Source: Marsupella aquatica (lineage: Eukaryota > Plantae > Marchantiophyta). Taken from it: a stretch of DNA of 64,000 nt. The position numbers were made by a program, and so were the translations under genes. Position 1 is the first letter of the stretch. Every line of letters starts with the position of its first letter. Below are positions 37,964 to 50,765 of this stretch, one piece after another. The notes beneath the pieces are model-generated. The model did no database searches and was not told where the DNA came from. It worked only from the letters and a program-made list of their open reading frames with translations. The DNA is taken from assembly GCA_973895155.1 (NCBI GenBank), contig OZ316894.1, forward strand, positions 20,528,451-20,592,450. The letters run 5' to 3'.

Positions 37964-39949
37964 ACAGAAGAGAAGCAAGAGTGGAAGCCCAAGGAGGACG
38001 TCCAGAAAAATTGGGATTCACAGCCCAAGACAGAGGACGCGAAGAAAGAGTGGAAACCCCAGGAGAGCATTGACAAAAGGTGGGAGTCACAGCCGAAGAC
38101 AGAAGCGTTCAGTCCCAGTTCTAGAACATAGAATAACATCACAATCTTTTTTTGTGAAATGTTTTTGAGATGAAAGGGAAACACTACAGTACAATTTACT
38201 TTAGTTTCTTTCAGGCATTCTCGTAACTTGAGATATCTTGAAGAAATGTTTTTTGCTTAGTTGTCTATGAATATGTTAAGGGCCCTCCTTCTAATGACTA
38301 TAATAAAGTTTGACTAAAGGCCGTTGTGAGCCATAATGACAAGGACACTAGCTTGAGTCTTGAGGGGCTGTTGTTTAAGGGCACTCTAGGAGCATAAGCC
38401 TTGATACAAGAGGGCATTAGGCAGTGAGTGTTTTTAGGGAATATTATGGTCCACAATGCTCTAGCTGGCAGCAGGACATTAATACATTTCATTTTTACTA
38501 ATTTCAGTAATTAAAAGAAGATTATAAACGCCATAATTATGAGTGAATGCTAATCTTAAATATTCTTGAATACTTAATAGTCCATAATGCTTTGGCAAGT
38601 GGATATTAATTAATACATTTCATGTTTACTAATTTTAGTAAAAGAAGACTACAAACTCCGTAAGTATGAGTGAATGCAGATCTTGAATTCTTTTGAACAC
38701 TACTGCTGAGGAGGACTTTACAAGAGTTTTTTTCACCAAGCAAACTGGAGGGCCATTGCACACACTAAATATAGTGTCCCAGGGCTAAAAGCATAGGTCT
38801 TGTAAAGCCAAGTGGAGCCAGTGGTGCTAGACTATTTTCTAAAAGACAAATTGAGGACCCACTCTCTCTGGAATATCTTTTCTTTTTGTCAAAATCTTTG
38901 ACACCTTTGCCATCCAAAATAACTTGCCTTCTAAATCTTTGTGTGCTGTTACACTGTCTTATCGTTTGACCACTTATTGTTAATTTCCATATCTCTGAAA
39001 TCTTCTAGTTCAGCTTGCTTTTGTTGTGGTCCAAAGTACATAATTCTCTGTGGTCTAGCAACTTTGTCAACCAAAGTTGGATCAACACCTTCTGCGAGAA
39101 TTTCATTTCCCACAATTGAAAGTGTGGGACCTTGATTTTTTTGTGACCAAACCCACTCAATCAAATAACCACTCGCCCTCCTCTAGGTGGTTTTTGATGA
39201 ATATCTTTTTGTTTCTCAAAAAAAGTTATCCTTCAAAGTTTATCGTCATTGTGAATTGAAAGTAATTGAAACCTTCCTAAATTGCTTTTGATATCTTACC
39301 AGAGTAATTAATGCACCATTTCCATCGGAAGAATCATGGATGACATCCCTCACGGCACCTTTTGCTGACTTCAATGACATCTGTGCTACTCACATTCTTG
39401 AAGTTGGGATGTAATTGACAAACATCATTGCATCTCCCCAATCAAGGGTTGTTCACAGCAAGGTTGAAAGATGTTTTGCGTGTGATGTCATCTTTTTGCT
39501 TCCATCCTCAAGGGTCTCACTATATGGGGGCCTCCCCATCACATGCTACATTTTTAGGCCTCAGACCCCTAAGATGTAAGATTTTTTAATTAAAAAAATT
39601 GACCCCTTTAAAGTTCAAACATTTTACAAATTTGATTAAAACGACCGTAATGGACTTTTCAAATTGGATTTCAAAGACCCTATTGTTTTTCTGAGAAAAT
39701 TCTTGAGTCTTCCATTACAACAAATAAAATGGCCCTATTCTTGGTCGCACGTGGTGTGGTATGTTTTTGGAAGTGAAACCCCGAGTTTCCATGACTTGTT
39801 TGAATAAGAATTGCCTTTGAAAGGTTATGAAAGTGAGATATTTCAAGCCTCGGTCCGAAACTCCTTTGTCATTTGGCTGGTCAATTTCATTGGCAAATTT
39901 CTGAAAATTGGCAACTTTATCCACAAAATCACATTTGCTTCAGGCTTGA

Positions 39950-40990
39950 TTACCACCTCACATTAAGGGATCTTAAATCACTACATACAAAAACCTTCAA
40001 GGACAAGATCCACTAGACTATTCCTGAAGTTTTGAAGACAATAGACTATTCCTGAAGTTTTGAAGACAAGAAGTATCTAGTAATTGGACTATTGCTGCAA
40101 CCCATATAATTTGACCACGGCTTCGGCCTTCATATTTGGCCACCCTCGAACTTGCCGCATCCTGTTAAGACCCAACATGGAGGACAGTGTGGGAGAGAGA
40201 CAATCCCACCTATTAATTCGATGAGGGTTAGAAAGCTCATAGTCTTGTTTGATTTGAGAGGGACCTGAAGACCTCGGCTTATCCTCATGAAGCCTAGTCT
40301 ACCCATCAAGACTCCTACGCTTCATCAACTTTGGTGTAATAGGTGTAATAGTAACGCTTCATCGACTTTGGTGTCCAGAAAAGACTATTACATGAAGCCG
40401 GCGAAATGTACAAATAACACAATCATCCCAAGCTTTGTAAAATTTGAAGCAGATGAGGTCCCTGATTAATTAACAGGAAACAAGATTCATTCAACATATG
40501 GCATGAGCAAAATGGAGACAGGTTTGTACCTCGTAGTGAATGAGATCCAATGTGTGGTCAGGTTGTCCATTGACAGTCCCCTTACTTAGATTCTCTGTCA
40601 ATGATCACAATTACAGATACCATTTTGCTGTGCTACATTAATCCCAGGTAGATGGCTTGTAAACACGGGCCTTTTCTGACAATGGATGCACAGTGACAAA
40701 TAGCTCGAGGAGGATGTGTGTACCCATCCAATGCAACAACACTACCACCAACCTGGAGAATGTCATCCTCTGCATCCAAAAATGTTCAAATCTGTCTGTT
40801 CCAAGGTTATTGGCACTTCTCATAGGCTGTGATTTGGTTTAGAGTAGAATACCTGTCACAATCTTTATTTGGTCTCTTGGATTTTTTAGTAAGTTCTTTG
40901 GCCTTTTTTTGGTATCTTGCCTTTGACACTTTTGTTCTCTGATAGTGATGTATATTTGAGGAAGGTGGTTTAAGTTGGAGCAACCTTAGT
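39950..40990 (+). repeat. Segmental repeat block A, copy 3
   Basis: Same anchors, more similar to copy 2 (e.g. GAGACAGGTTTGTACCTCGTAGTGAATGAGATCCAATGTGTGG). Confidence 0.85.
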
Positions 40991-41559
40991 TATCTCAGCA
41001 AAATACTTGGTGGGGCCCCTCAAGGTAAAGACATTCCTAACTAGTATCTCACTTTTCAAATATATTTAATGGGGCCCCTTGTCCTTGCAACCCTTTTTCA
41101 TGACATGTGTGATTATTTTTCTCATTTTTGAATTGTAACATAATCTTACAACTACAGTATCTATGTCAGTCCATCAAATGTACTCTCTAGAAGCAATTTT
41201 CAGTGTACTCTTCCCTAATGATAGGTATATAATTTATGTACAAAGTATTTAGCCCTTGTCACTCTTTGGAGAACCAATGGTCCAAAGTATAGTCTTACCT
41301 TAACTTTACTAAGGTGAACCAATGGTTTTGGGTGCTAATGGGTTGCTATTTGGGTGCTATTTTTAAAAAGTTGTTTTAAAAAGTTGTTTTAAAGTTAAGT
41401 TCATGTGGGCCCTAAGTAATTCTTTGATGCTATTTTGCCAAAAAAGTTTTTGGAAATAATCAAGTTAGACTTGGTGTTATTTTTATTAACGTGCTTGGTG
41501 TTAACGTGAATTTACAAAAATAAAACCAAGTAAATACTCACGAGTAAATTAAATACTCA

Positions 41560-43549
41560 AGCCAACCCAGATTTGGGAGAGTCAAACAGTGAAATTTTCT
41601 AAGGGTACGTTGGAAGTTAGCAGACGAATTGAGTTGACTAGGGATGAGTTTACTAGACAGTGGCAGACATATTTTACACGGCATGAGTGTTGTTCTTGTC
41701 TTATAGTTGCTAGGCAGATCGCAGTGTCGATTCGGCAGGAGTTGTTGCTGATCTGCACAAATAATACACTCGAATTCCAATGGGGCCTGATAAGGAAACG
41801 GTGAGGAGCAACCGAGCACAGATATATGTATTTAACTTGCAGGGAGGGCCAAAGATGCTGCCGGAGCGCGAATGCCGATATGAATACGCTAGACCGCCAA
41901 TGATTGTAATCTCGACATACATTTTCGGTCGCCGACCGTGAGACGGCCATTCCAAAGAGCACATGATATTCACTGGAATTTCGGATGGTAAAGCGTATTA
42001 CATTAATGGCTTTATCTGCAAATTGTCCTACACTTACTTAACTTGGCAAGTCAGCCAGACATCACCAAGATGAGGGACTGAGTGTTCAAACTCAAGATCA
42101 GCTTGTATTCAGCTCCCGGATGAGGGAGTGTTATGGAACTAGTTAAAATTTTGACAGCTGATGTTCTTTGCGTCAAGGAAACGGTTGGAATTTTGGGGAA
42201 ATAGGTAAACGAGCAATAGGATTCACGGAGGCTTCCGGTAATCTGTCATCTGTCACCTATCTATGCTATTCCTCGAGAAAGAGTTCCAACGAAAAAGGAT
42301 TCAGGATTGGGACGACGGGACCTTGCTTGGTGGGCGCAATTAAATCACCGTACAGTCCTCTGGGGATTCAGGCCGATAGAGGCCTGTGGTGGATCTGTGA
42401 AGAGGTGAATCTCAGAAACCCTGTTATAGGTAGCGGTACTTGCTATGTTTTGAGCAGTGGTGCAGGGACGAACTGAAGTTGTACTTCAACCTATCGCTGT
42501 TAGCTGAGCGTTGAGGGTTTACCTTTTATGCTTTGAGCAGTGGTGCAGGGACGGACTGAAGTTCTACTTCAACCTATCGCTGTTCCCTGAGCCTTCCCCT
42601 CCTTGAATTTGTGGGGATTTCGAACGTCACGCACAAGTTGCCTTACGAAATATCCTGAATTGTTTTGTCCCAGGTTACTCTAAATTGATCTTCCCAGTTT
42701 AGAGAACCGATACTATATTAATGTTCTGAAGAAGCGACCACTCTCTTCAACCCAAGAATGTGCAGAGCGTCTATTCACCTTTTGCGGGCAATCAGTAAAT
42801 GCCTCATCAGCTCTCGGGTCCTTCTGAACAATTTCATCCCTTTTCTCTCGGAAAGCGCATCCCGAATTGTTATACTGGTCGACCGTCTCAAAGAAGCTAC
42901 TCAATACAATTCTCGGGATTCATTTTCAGCAGCTTTTCTGTTTTGCTTCATGAGATTCGTCTAGCTGGCTGATCCAAGGGTCCTCACGTGCAGGACCGGT
43001 GGCCACCTCTGGAAATATTTACATCAATCTCCAGAACAGCGGCTGGTCGAGGATTATGCGACCTGTCCAACTTAGAACCCGGAGAGAACAAAAGGTACGA
43101 TCCATCCTTCTCTGCATGTATACAGGTCTCGACTATGCAAAAGTGCCTCTCTCATATTAATTAAAGTTTATTATGGGATATCGAAACTTTTCCCTACATG
43201 TCCGAAACGAATACCAAAAAATTATAAATTAGGACTAGCTTGTTGGATTGTAAGCATGTCGAGAAGCGGTCCAATCGATCATATCGTGCGCATCCCGTGA
43301 TACAATGTTATGCATACGGTTCTGTAATACAAGTGCAGAAGTGAAATATCTGACTGGTAAAAAGTTTGCCTCTACACACGTGCTTTACACTCTGTGGCAA
43401 TCAGTAGCTCGATTTGTCCTTAAATTTAGACTGCTGAGCAGTTGAAGCGATGGAAACTCGTGACGAATATTGTAAGTAATGCCACTGATGGTGACACAAT
43501 CAGGCTGGATGGTAAAGTGGCTATCATAACCGGAGCAGCTGGTGGGATA
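41560..43549 (+). repeat. Segmental repeat block B, copy 2
   Basis: Collinear with 25970-28145. Confidence 0.85.
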
Positions 43550-43790
43550 TGAAGAAATGTAAATGAGTTTACTGACTGAATGAATTGAGAATCAACAGTG
43601 GGTCCCTTAAGTGGCAAGGGAAGAATCAGCCGTGGAAACTCGGCGCACTATACAGCCTAGTCCTAATCAAGCCGTTAATGGGATTGCCCTAAATCTGACG
43701 CTGGCAACAGGTGCATCGTATATACATACTAACTAAGATGCACAGCGTAGCCCAGCAGAACTCGGACGTAGCATACAAACAATTCCAACA
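43550..43790 (-). repeat. 3' LTR of copia element
   Basis: TGAAGAAATG...AATTCCAACA on the + strand, adjacent to the polypurine tract (+ strand CCCCTCCTCG). Confidence 0.97.
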
Positions 43791-43888
43791 CCCCTCCTCG
43801 TCCGAGATTTAACTGATGTACAATTCAATATTGGAGAGGGCGACCCGGATGCACATGTAAACAGGTAGGTGCAGCACAAAGGACATAT

Positions 43889-46800
43889 CTACAGTGAATT
43901 GATATCTCTGAGAGACTTGAGCCCAATAGAGTCTCGATGCTGTTCGAATTTCCACCGGGGCAGAGATTTGGTCAAGATGTCGGCCTGTTGCAGGGCAGTG
44001 GGAATGTAATGTAATTTTACTTCCCCTTCCAGCAAGCGTTCACGAATAAAGTGGTGTTGCAGCTCAATATGCTTGGTCCTTGCATGAAAGATCGGGTTCT
44101 TGGCCAGATTGATGGATCCCTGGTTGTCACAATGCAAGTTGAGATGGATGTCCTGTCCAGTAGGTGTCTCTGCATTTGAGAGATGTGACAGGGCTTCCTC
44201 GTTTTGGCAGTTTAGTACAGCACATACTGTGGGAATGAACTTGAGCTCAAGCAACAATCGACGAAGAAATACCCCTTCTCTTGCTCCTTCTGATAATGCC
44301 CGATATTCGGCTCCAGTGGTACTTTGAGAGACTGTGGATTGACGTTTGCTAGACCATGTGACTGTCCCATTTGCAAACTTGAATAGGTATGCCCCAATGG
44401 ATCGACGAGTATCCTTGCAAGCAGCATGATCAGAATCTGTGTATCCTTCCAAACACAGCTCAGCAGATCGAGGATAAAATAATCCATAATCCATAGTGAG
44501 CTTGATGTATCTAAGGACATGTCGGGCAGCATCAAGGTGACGTTGCTGGGGGCGACTCATGAATCTGCTTAACATGCCTACTGCATATGCTAAGTCAGGG
44601 CGAGTGTTAGTAAGGTAGATGAGCTTACCAACGATTTTGCAATAATATGTCACATCTACGTCAGGAGTAGATGTCTCAGAGAGAAGCTCAAGGCCATCGG
44701 GCAAAGGCACGGTTGCCGTTTTGCAATCCTCCATGTTGAACTCTTTGAGCAATTGTTCACAGTATGACTGTTGATGGATGAAGATGCCGGTTGAAGCTTG
44801 AGCGAATTGAATGCCAAGGTACTTGGTAGTCTCACCAAGATCCTTCATCTTGTACTTAGCGCTCAGACTGGCCTTCACTTCAGCAATTCTCGCTGGATCA
44901 TTTCCAGTTATTAGGAGGTCATCCACAAATAGCAGAAGCAAGACAATCTTGCCATTATCGTTGATAAAATAGAGGTTATGATCTGCAGCACTTCGGGTCC
45001 ATCCATTTTCTCTCAAGAAAGCATCCACCTCCTCGTACCAGGCACGAGGAGACTGTTTGAGGCCATAAATTGAGCGGTTTAACCTGCAGACAAGGTGCTC
45101 TGATCCTGGAGTAGCAAAACCCGGGGGCTGAGTCATGTAGATGAGTTCCTTCAACTTTCCATTAAGAAAAGCGGTAATGACGTCCATGTGATGAAGTTTG
45201 AGGACACCTTTGCACCAGTTTTCAAGCTGCTAGAGCAATGATGAGACGGAGAGTGGACCACTTGACTACTGGTGCAAAGGTGTCCTCAAAATCAATACCG
45301 TGTTTTTGCTCCAGTCCTCTGGCCACCAATCGAGCTTTGAGACGCTTTCGAGTAGGACTTAATTCTTCTTTTACTCTATATAGCCAACGACAAGAGATAG
45401 CCTTTTTGCCAGGAGGCAATGAAGTGAGTTCCCATGTGTCGTTTTCAAGTAAAGACTTGAATTCCTCTGTCATAGCAGAATACCATGCTGGATCTGACAT
45501 TGCCTGTTCAAAAGTGATGGTGTCGTCAACCAGTTCTGAAGTCTCCACAAGACAGACATCAGGATTGCTAGGTTGAAAGGAAACGACGTAGTCTTCACGA
45601 AGACGAACTGGAAGTTCTCTGCTGGCTCTGTTGGACCTTCTTAGTGGTGGCTCTGGAGCAGTTGGGAGATCAAGCTCTTGGGTACTACCAGTATCGTGAC
45701 TATTTGTGGGGACTCTAGGAAGTCCACATGTATTCTCTTCATGGACACTTGAGTCTAAGGAATTAGTAGAGATTGCATCAGGATTTTGATGCGGTGTGTC
45801 TGGAAGGGGTACGATCCCATCAGAGGTGGCTGCTGGTAGCTGTATGTTGGCTTCCAGATGAATGTGCGGTTGAGGCACTTCAAGTAGGGAGTCAGCAGAG
45901 AAAGAATGTTGAGGAGACTTGGTATTGAAATCAAACATGACTTCTTCATTAAAAATAACATCACGACTAATAAAGATCTTTCGCTTGACAGGATCAAAGC
46001 ATCGGTAGGCTTTGGTTTTGTCATCATATCCAATCAATGCTGTTCGAATTGATTTGGCAGACAATTTGTGGCGATGAGCTTGAGGGACATGCATGTAAGC
46101 TAAGCAGCCAATAATACGTATATGGGAGAGATCAGGCTTTGAACCATAGAGATAATAGAATGGTGTAGAGTTAGGATGGAAAGATGTCTCACAACGGTTA
46201 AGAATGAAATTTGCCGTGTGAATTAATTCATCCCACAGGAAGAGAGGGATGTTGCCTTCGATCTGCATGCTGCGTGCTGCTTCAAGAAGTGTCCTGTTCT
46301 TTCGCTCTGCCACTCCATTCTGGTGGGGTGTGCGTGCTGCAGTGAGCTGTCGCTTGATGCCTTGCTGGTCGCAATACAAATTGAACTCATTCGATAGGTA
46401 TTCCCCTCCACGATCTGATCGGATGCAGGAAATCTTCTGATTGAATTCACGTTCAACTAGAGCTTGGAAGATCTTGAATGTGGAGAACGTAGCATCTTTT
46501 GTGGCGATGGAATATGTCCAAGTATATCGAGAGAAGTCATCTGTGAATGTGAGTAGATACTTAGAGCCTCGTAATGAGGGTACAACAAAGGGACCACAAA
46601 GATCCGTATGGATCAACTCAAGAATTCGTGATGTACGAGTTGTTGATTTCTTTGGGATACGCTCTCTGTGTTGTTTACCTAGAACACAGGTGTCACAAAT
46701 ATGCTTCTCAAATAGAAGCTTAGGGATGCCTGTAACCAAATCCTTGGAGGACATGCTGCAGATTCGTTGAAAATTGACATGACTGAGTCGACGATGCCAG

Positions 46801-48374
46801 GTTTCCAGGAGAGACCTGGGTTTAACGCTGGCTGTCAGTCCATCACTTGAACGATCCAAGTGTGCTGCAGCAGGTGCTTGATGATCATGAATTAGCGATA
46901 GATGTGCCTCCGGACAGAGAGCAGCATTGCCCTGAAGTGAAGTGTCCAAGCGATACAGGCTATTCCGACGGTCACGAATTCCACTAAGAAAGATCTTACT
47001 AGGATTCCCTTTCTCGAGAATGTAGCAATGTCTTGAATCAAACAGAACAGGATGACCCTCGTCGGCAAGTTGTCCAACTGATAGGAGATTTTTGGTCATG
47101 CCAGGCACATACAAAATCTTGTTCACCACTTTATTATTACCAAACTTGGTACAGCCTTTCCCGACAATGGGGATTCGTGCTCCAGATGCAGTGGTGACGT
47201 TGGAAGCAGGGTGAGGCACTATGCGATTAAGTACGGCTCTGTTGCCCGTAACATGTGCACTTGCACCTGAATCTATAAGCCATTCATGCTTACGTGAGTC
47301 ATGAAGTTCGGCAAGGTTGACCTCAATGTCACCTTCTATATCACAATCATCAGACGTGTCAGGATCAACAGTCTCTGCTACATTTGCATGATGCTTGCCC
47401 TTTTGTCTACGTGCCTTGATTTCTGCATGTTTAGTCTGCAGGCTCTTGATCTGGTTCTCAAGTTTCTTCATGCACTCGCTCTCCCAATGGCCAAAGTATC
47501 CACAGAAACTGCAGACATCTTCACGCTTTGAGTTAGAATCAAGGAGTGGGGCAGCTCTACCCCTGCCATGATAGTTGCTGCGACCACGACCACGACCTCG
47601 ATAGGAGCTTCCTCTATTGTTATAGAGGGTGACAAGTGCCTCCTCAGTGGTCTCCTTCCGCATGAACGTGCGCTGTAACTCCTCTGCCTCCAAGTGGCGA
47701 ATGAGATCGTTGAATGTCATGTTCGGAAACTGATGCAACAGAGTACCAAATGAGGAAGCGAATGGCTTCCAGCTCTCTGGGAGTCCAGCTAGAGCTATGC
47801 GAATCAGCTCCTTATCCTTTATCTCATAGTCGATCTCGCCAAGCTGCATTACAAGATTCTCTAGCTCTCTAATGTACAGTTCGACATTAGAACCTTCACT
47901 AAGAGCAACACGTGATAGTTTTTCTTTGAGAATCAGTTGCTTTCCCAGAGCAGCAGTTTCAAACCTAGACTTCAACTGTAGCCAGAGTTCGGCCGGATCA
48001 TCTTGATACTTCTTAACAACTGGAAATATATGTTCTCTTACCATCATGGAGAATACGTAGATTGCCTTCTCCTTTTTATCTTCCAGCTCCTGGGCCGTCA
48101 GTTGCACTCTCCTGGACTTGTCAGGGCTGACCAGCTCCCACCAGACTTTGTCCTTGCGAAACTGCCGTTCAGCCCGAAATTTCCAGCCAATGTAGTTGTT
48201 CTTTCCATCGAGCTCCTCTCTTTCAGAGTACGATAGACCCTTGAGAGAATCCTTGAGTGCTTCGAGATCAAAAGAGACTTGAGTGGAACCTCTGCTGGGT
48301 TCAATGTTCGGTGCACCTATTGTGTCAGCAATGTCTTGGACATTGGAACTGCTTGATGCTGCGCCCGATGTCAT
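43889..48374 (-). pseudogene. Copia gag-pol polyprotein, broken by one stop/frameshift in RT
   Basis: ATG 48374, Zn knuckle [14 protein letters not shown], protease WLIDSGAS, integrase [39 protein letters not shown]. Break at ~45222-45188, then MDVITAFLNG, FVDDLL and RNase H YTDSD/CDNQ/HARTKHI/ADILTK. Confidence 0.95.
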
Positions 48375-48477
48375 GCTGCTACAGTGAGTGAGTGAACAGT
48401 ACTGGGAGATGCTCACCAGGAATCAGTCAGTACCGCCGTGTGAGCCTGAGGTGTCGAGATGCTCTGCTCTGATACCA

Positions 48478-48718
48478 TGAAGAAATGTAAATGAGTTTAT
48501 TGACTGAATGAATTGAGAATCAACAGTGGGTCCCTTAAGTGGCAAGGGAAGAATCAGCCGTGGAAACTCTGCGCACTATACAGCCTAGTCCTAATCAAGC
48601 CGTTAATGGGATTGCCCTAAATCTGACGCTGGCAACAGGTGCACCGTATATACATACTAACTAAGATGCACAGCGTAGCCCAACAGAACTCGGACGTAGC
48701 ATACAAACAATTCCAACA
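48478..48718 (-). repeat. 5' LTR of copia element
   Basis: Same length as the other LTR, directly abutting the PBS. Confidence 0.97.
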
Positions 48719-50765
48719 GGATAGGCACTGAGGTGTCGAAGCACTTTGCAGCACACGGAGCTCAAGTCATACTGGCTACGAGATTGGATACACAAAAGCC
48801 TCAGAAATCGGCTCGAGCGCACATTACAAGCACTGTGATGTCACCAAGGAAGCGGACGTCGCGTCCGTAGTCGACTTTGCTCTGGAGAAATTCGGGAAAC
48901 TGGACATCATGTTGAAAAATGCCGGGGTCATAACCCCTTTAGAGCAATGAGATCCCTTCGACATTGGTAGTTACGATCAATACCACGCAATCATGGTAAG
49001 AGGCGATTTGGCAGGCATTAAACATGCTGCGCGAGTAATGATTCCTGTGACACAAGGAGTGATTCTGAACACTGCCGGCATTGCAGCAACTGGCGGAACC
49101 TTTCCCCTCGCTTACAATATTTGTAAGAGCAACCTCCCGGGGATAACGAAAATTGCCGCCTACCATCTTGGCAAGCATGGCATCCGAGTAAATGCTATCT
49201 CACCACACGCGATCCCCACGCGCTTAGCCGTAGAATGGGTTACCGACTTGGGATATAACAACATAACGTTTCCAGTATTGGAGCAAGCTTTCATCAACGT
49301 TTCAACCGTCCTCGGAAAGAGGACGACGGAGCAAGATATCGCAAAGGGCGCCATGTTCTTGTGCACTGACGAATCGCGCTATGTCAGTGGACAAAACCTC
49401 GTCGTTGATGGTGGATGGGGTAACAGTAAGGAGTTCGACCTCCTGCCCCAGACCACTCGACAGTAAAGAGAATGATATATAGTCCAATGACCTCCGTCGT
49501 GCAAATTGCAGAGAGACTTCGTTGCTTCGAGAGATTAGGTGCATTTTCGCTCAAGAGTAGTATCACAATCGTTTTAAGTCTAGAGGAAATTACTTTTTTC
49601 TTTGGTGGGACCTCCTTATGATAGCTGTAATAAAGTTCTGTTTGCCTGGCATTGTTAAAGGTCATTCTGGGCATTAATGCCTGAAAAAAATTACATTACC
49701 TTGGGTTTCGAGTTACTCTTCTCGTTTTTCTATTTGTCTAGTATCAATTAGTTGGTGGAGTAATGTCTATAACATTTTGAGGGGCATTTGCGAAAGGGCA
49801 TTCTGGGCCAATATGCCAGGAAAAAGAGGGCATTACCTTGTGCTTTGAGGGGCTACTATGGTCCATATTGCTAGGGGGTTCACTTTATGAAATTGATGTA
49901 TACCATGTGCCCAACCATGTGCAAACGCTCCTATTTAATCACTCTCTCAAAAAGGAATAGGAAGCTCAGAAAATCCACCAATCATTTATTGACATGCGGC
50001 AAGTAATGAATTATGTGATGATAGTTGGCACTTTTTGAATTGTTACCCCCTTACTTAATTCCTCACTACTTCTAAGTACTTCCCTAAAATGAATAAAATG
50101 CCCCTTACTTTGTTCGCACATGATGTCAATATTTGTAGAAGTGACCCCCTCGAGCCATATTGTTTTGGTATCAAGCTGGACATTAATCCATATTGACAAT
50201 ACCTAATTAAGAGGTTTACATTTTTGCTAATTTAAAAAAAAGGAACAAAGGACAAAGTCCATAAAAGTCAATGCAATCTTGACTATGCAATCTTCTCCAT
50301 TATATTAATAAAATCAAACATAATGCCTGATGGCGGTCTTTTTAATCCCTTGGGACCAATTTCAAAAACAGCTTAGTTTGAGCGGGAGTGACACAACCAC
50401 TAGATTCTTTAACACTTTTTGGGGACGGTTGGATGATTGAGAAAATAGAGCCCCTAATGCACCCTCTTTGATTGCTCACCTGCCTTGCCCACAAGCATGA
50501 ATCTTAGCAGGAGGATAGATCCTGGCCTTGAAGTACTACTGTGGCAAGGACAGAAGTCTCCATGCAAGTAAAATCCTTGCCCAGTGGTTGTCCCTATTCT
50601 TTTGAAGACCACTTTGTTTTAATTTTGTCTTTTAGACTGACCTTTTTTTTGTAAATGACACATAACCCTTATTTAGATAAAAGTGGAATTTTCAATTCCA
50701 GAAATGCTTAAATGAAGTTTTACAAAGATATTAGTGATTTATTTAATTCATTTAAATAAATAAAT

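Larger units (their letters stand above)
34745..38680 (+). repeat. Right arm of the ~3.7 kb inverted duplication
   Basis: Inverted homolog of 29230-32945. Contains an extra ~79-bp tandem duplication at ~35117-35274. Confidence 0.9.
43550..48718 (-). mobile_element. Full-length Ty1/copia LTR retrotransposon
   Basis: 241-bp TG...CA LTRs at 43550-43790 and 48478-48718 (4 differences seen). 5-bp TSD GGATA at 43545-43549 and 48719-48723. PBS TGGTATCAGAGC (tRNA-iMet) at 48477-48466, PPT next to 43791, domain order gag-PR-IN-RT-RH. Confidence 0.98.
43450..49466 (+). pseudogene. SDR110C-family dehydrogenase (ABA2/secoisolariciresinol dehydrogenase-like) pseudogene interrupted by a copia element
   Basis: The 5' part RLDGKVAIITGAAGGI ends at the TSD at 43549 and resumes at 48719 as GTEVSKHFAAHGAQVILA. 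A ~10-bp deletion near 48778 shifts the frame. Next come HCDVTKEADV..FGKLDIMLKNAG, an in-frame TGA near 48948, then GIKHAARVMIP, YNICK, GIRVNAISP and YVSGQNLVVDGG to the stop at 49466. Confidence 0.9.

Noticed and set aside
37419-38184. Alternative-frame and antisense ORFs over paralog 2 (extensin-like HPSP, LPLI and MRGR repeats)
   Set aside because: Same low-complexity artefact; the peptide repeats differ from those over paralog 1 and have no targeting signal.
38940-39560. Coding-looking minus-strand fragment and small hairpin TCCCACA..TGTGGGA
   Set aside because: Could be a TE relic, but no identifiable domain or boundaries.
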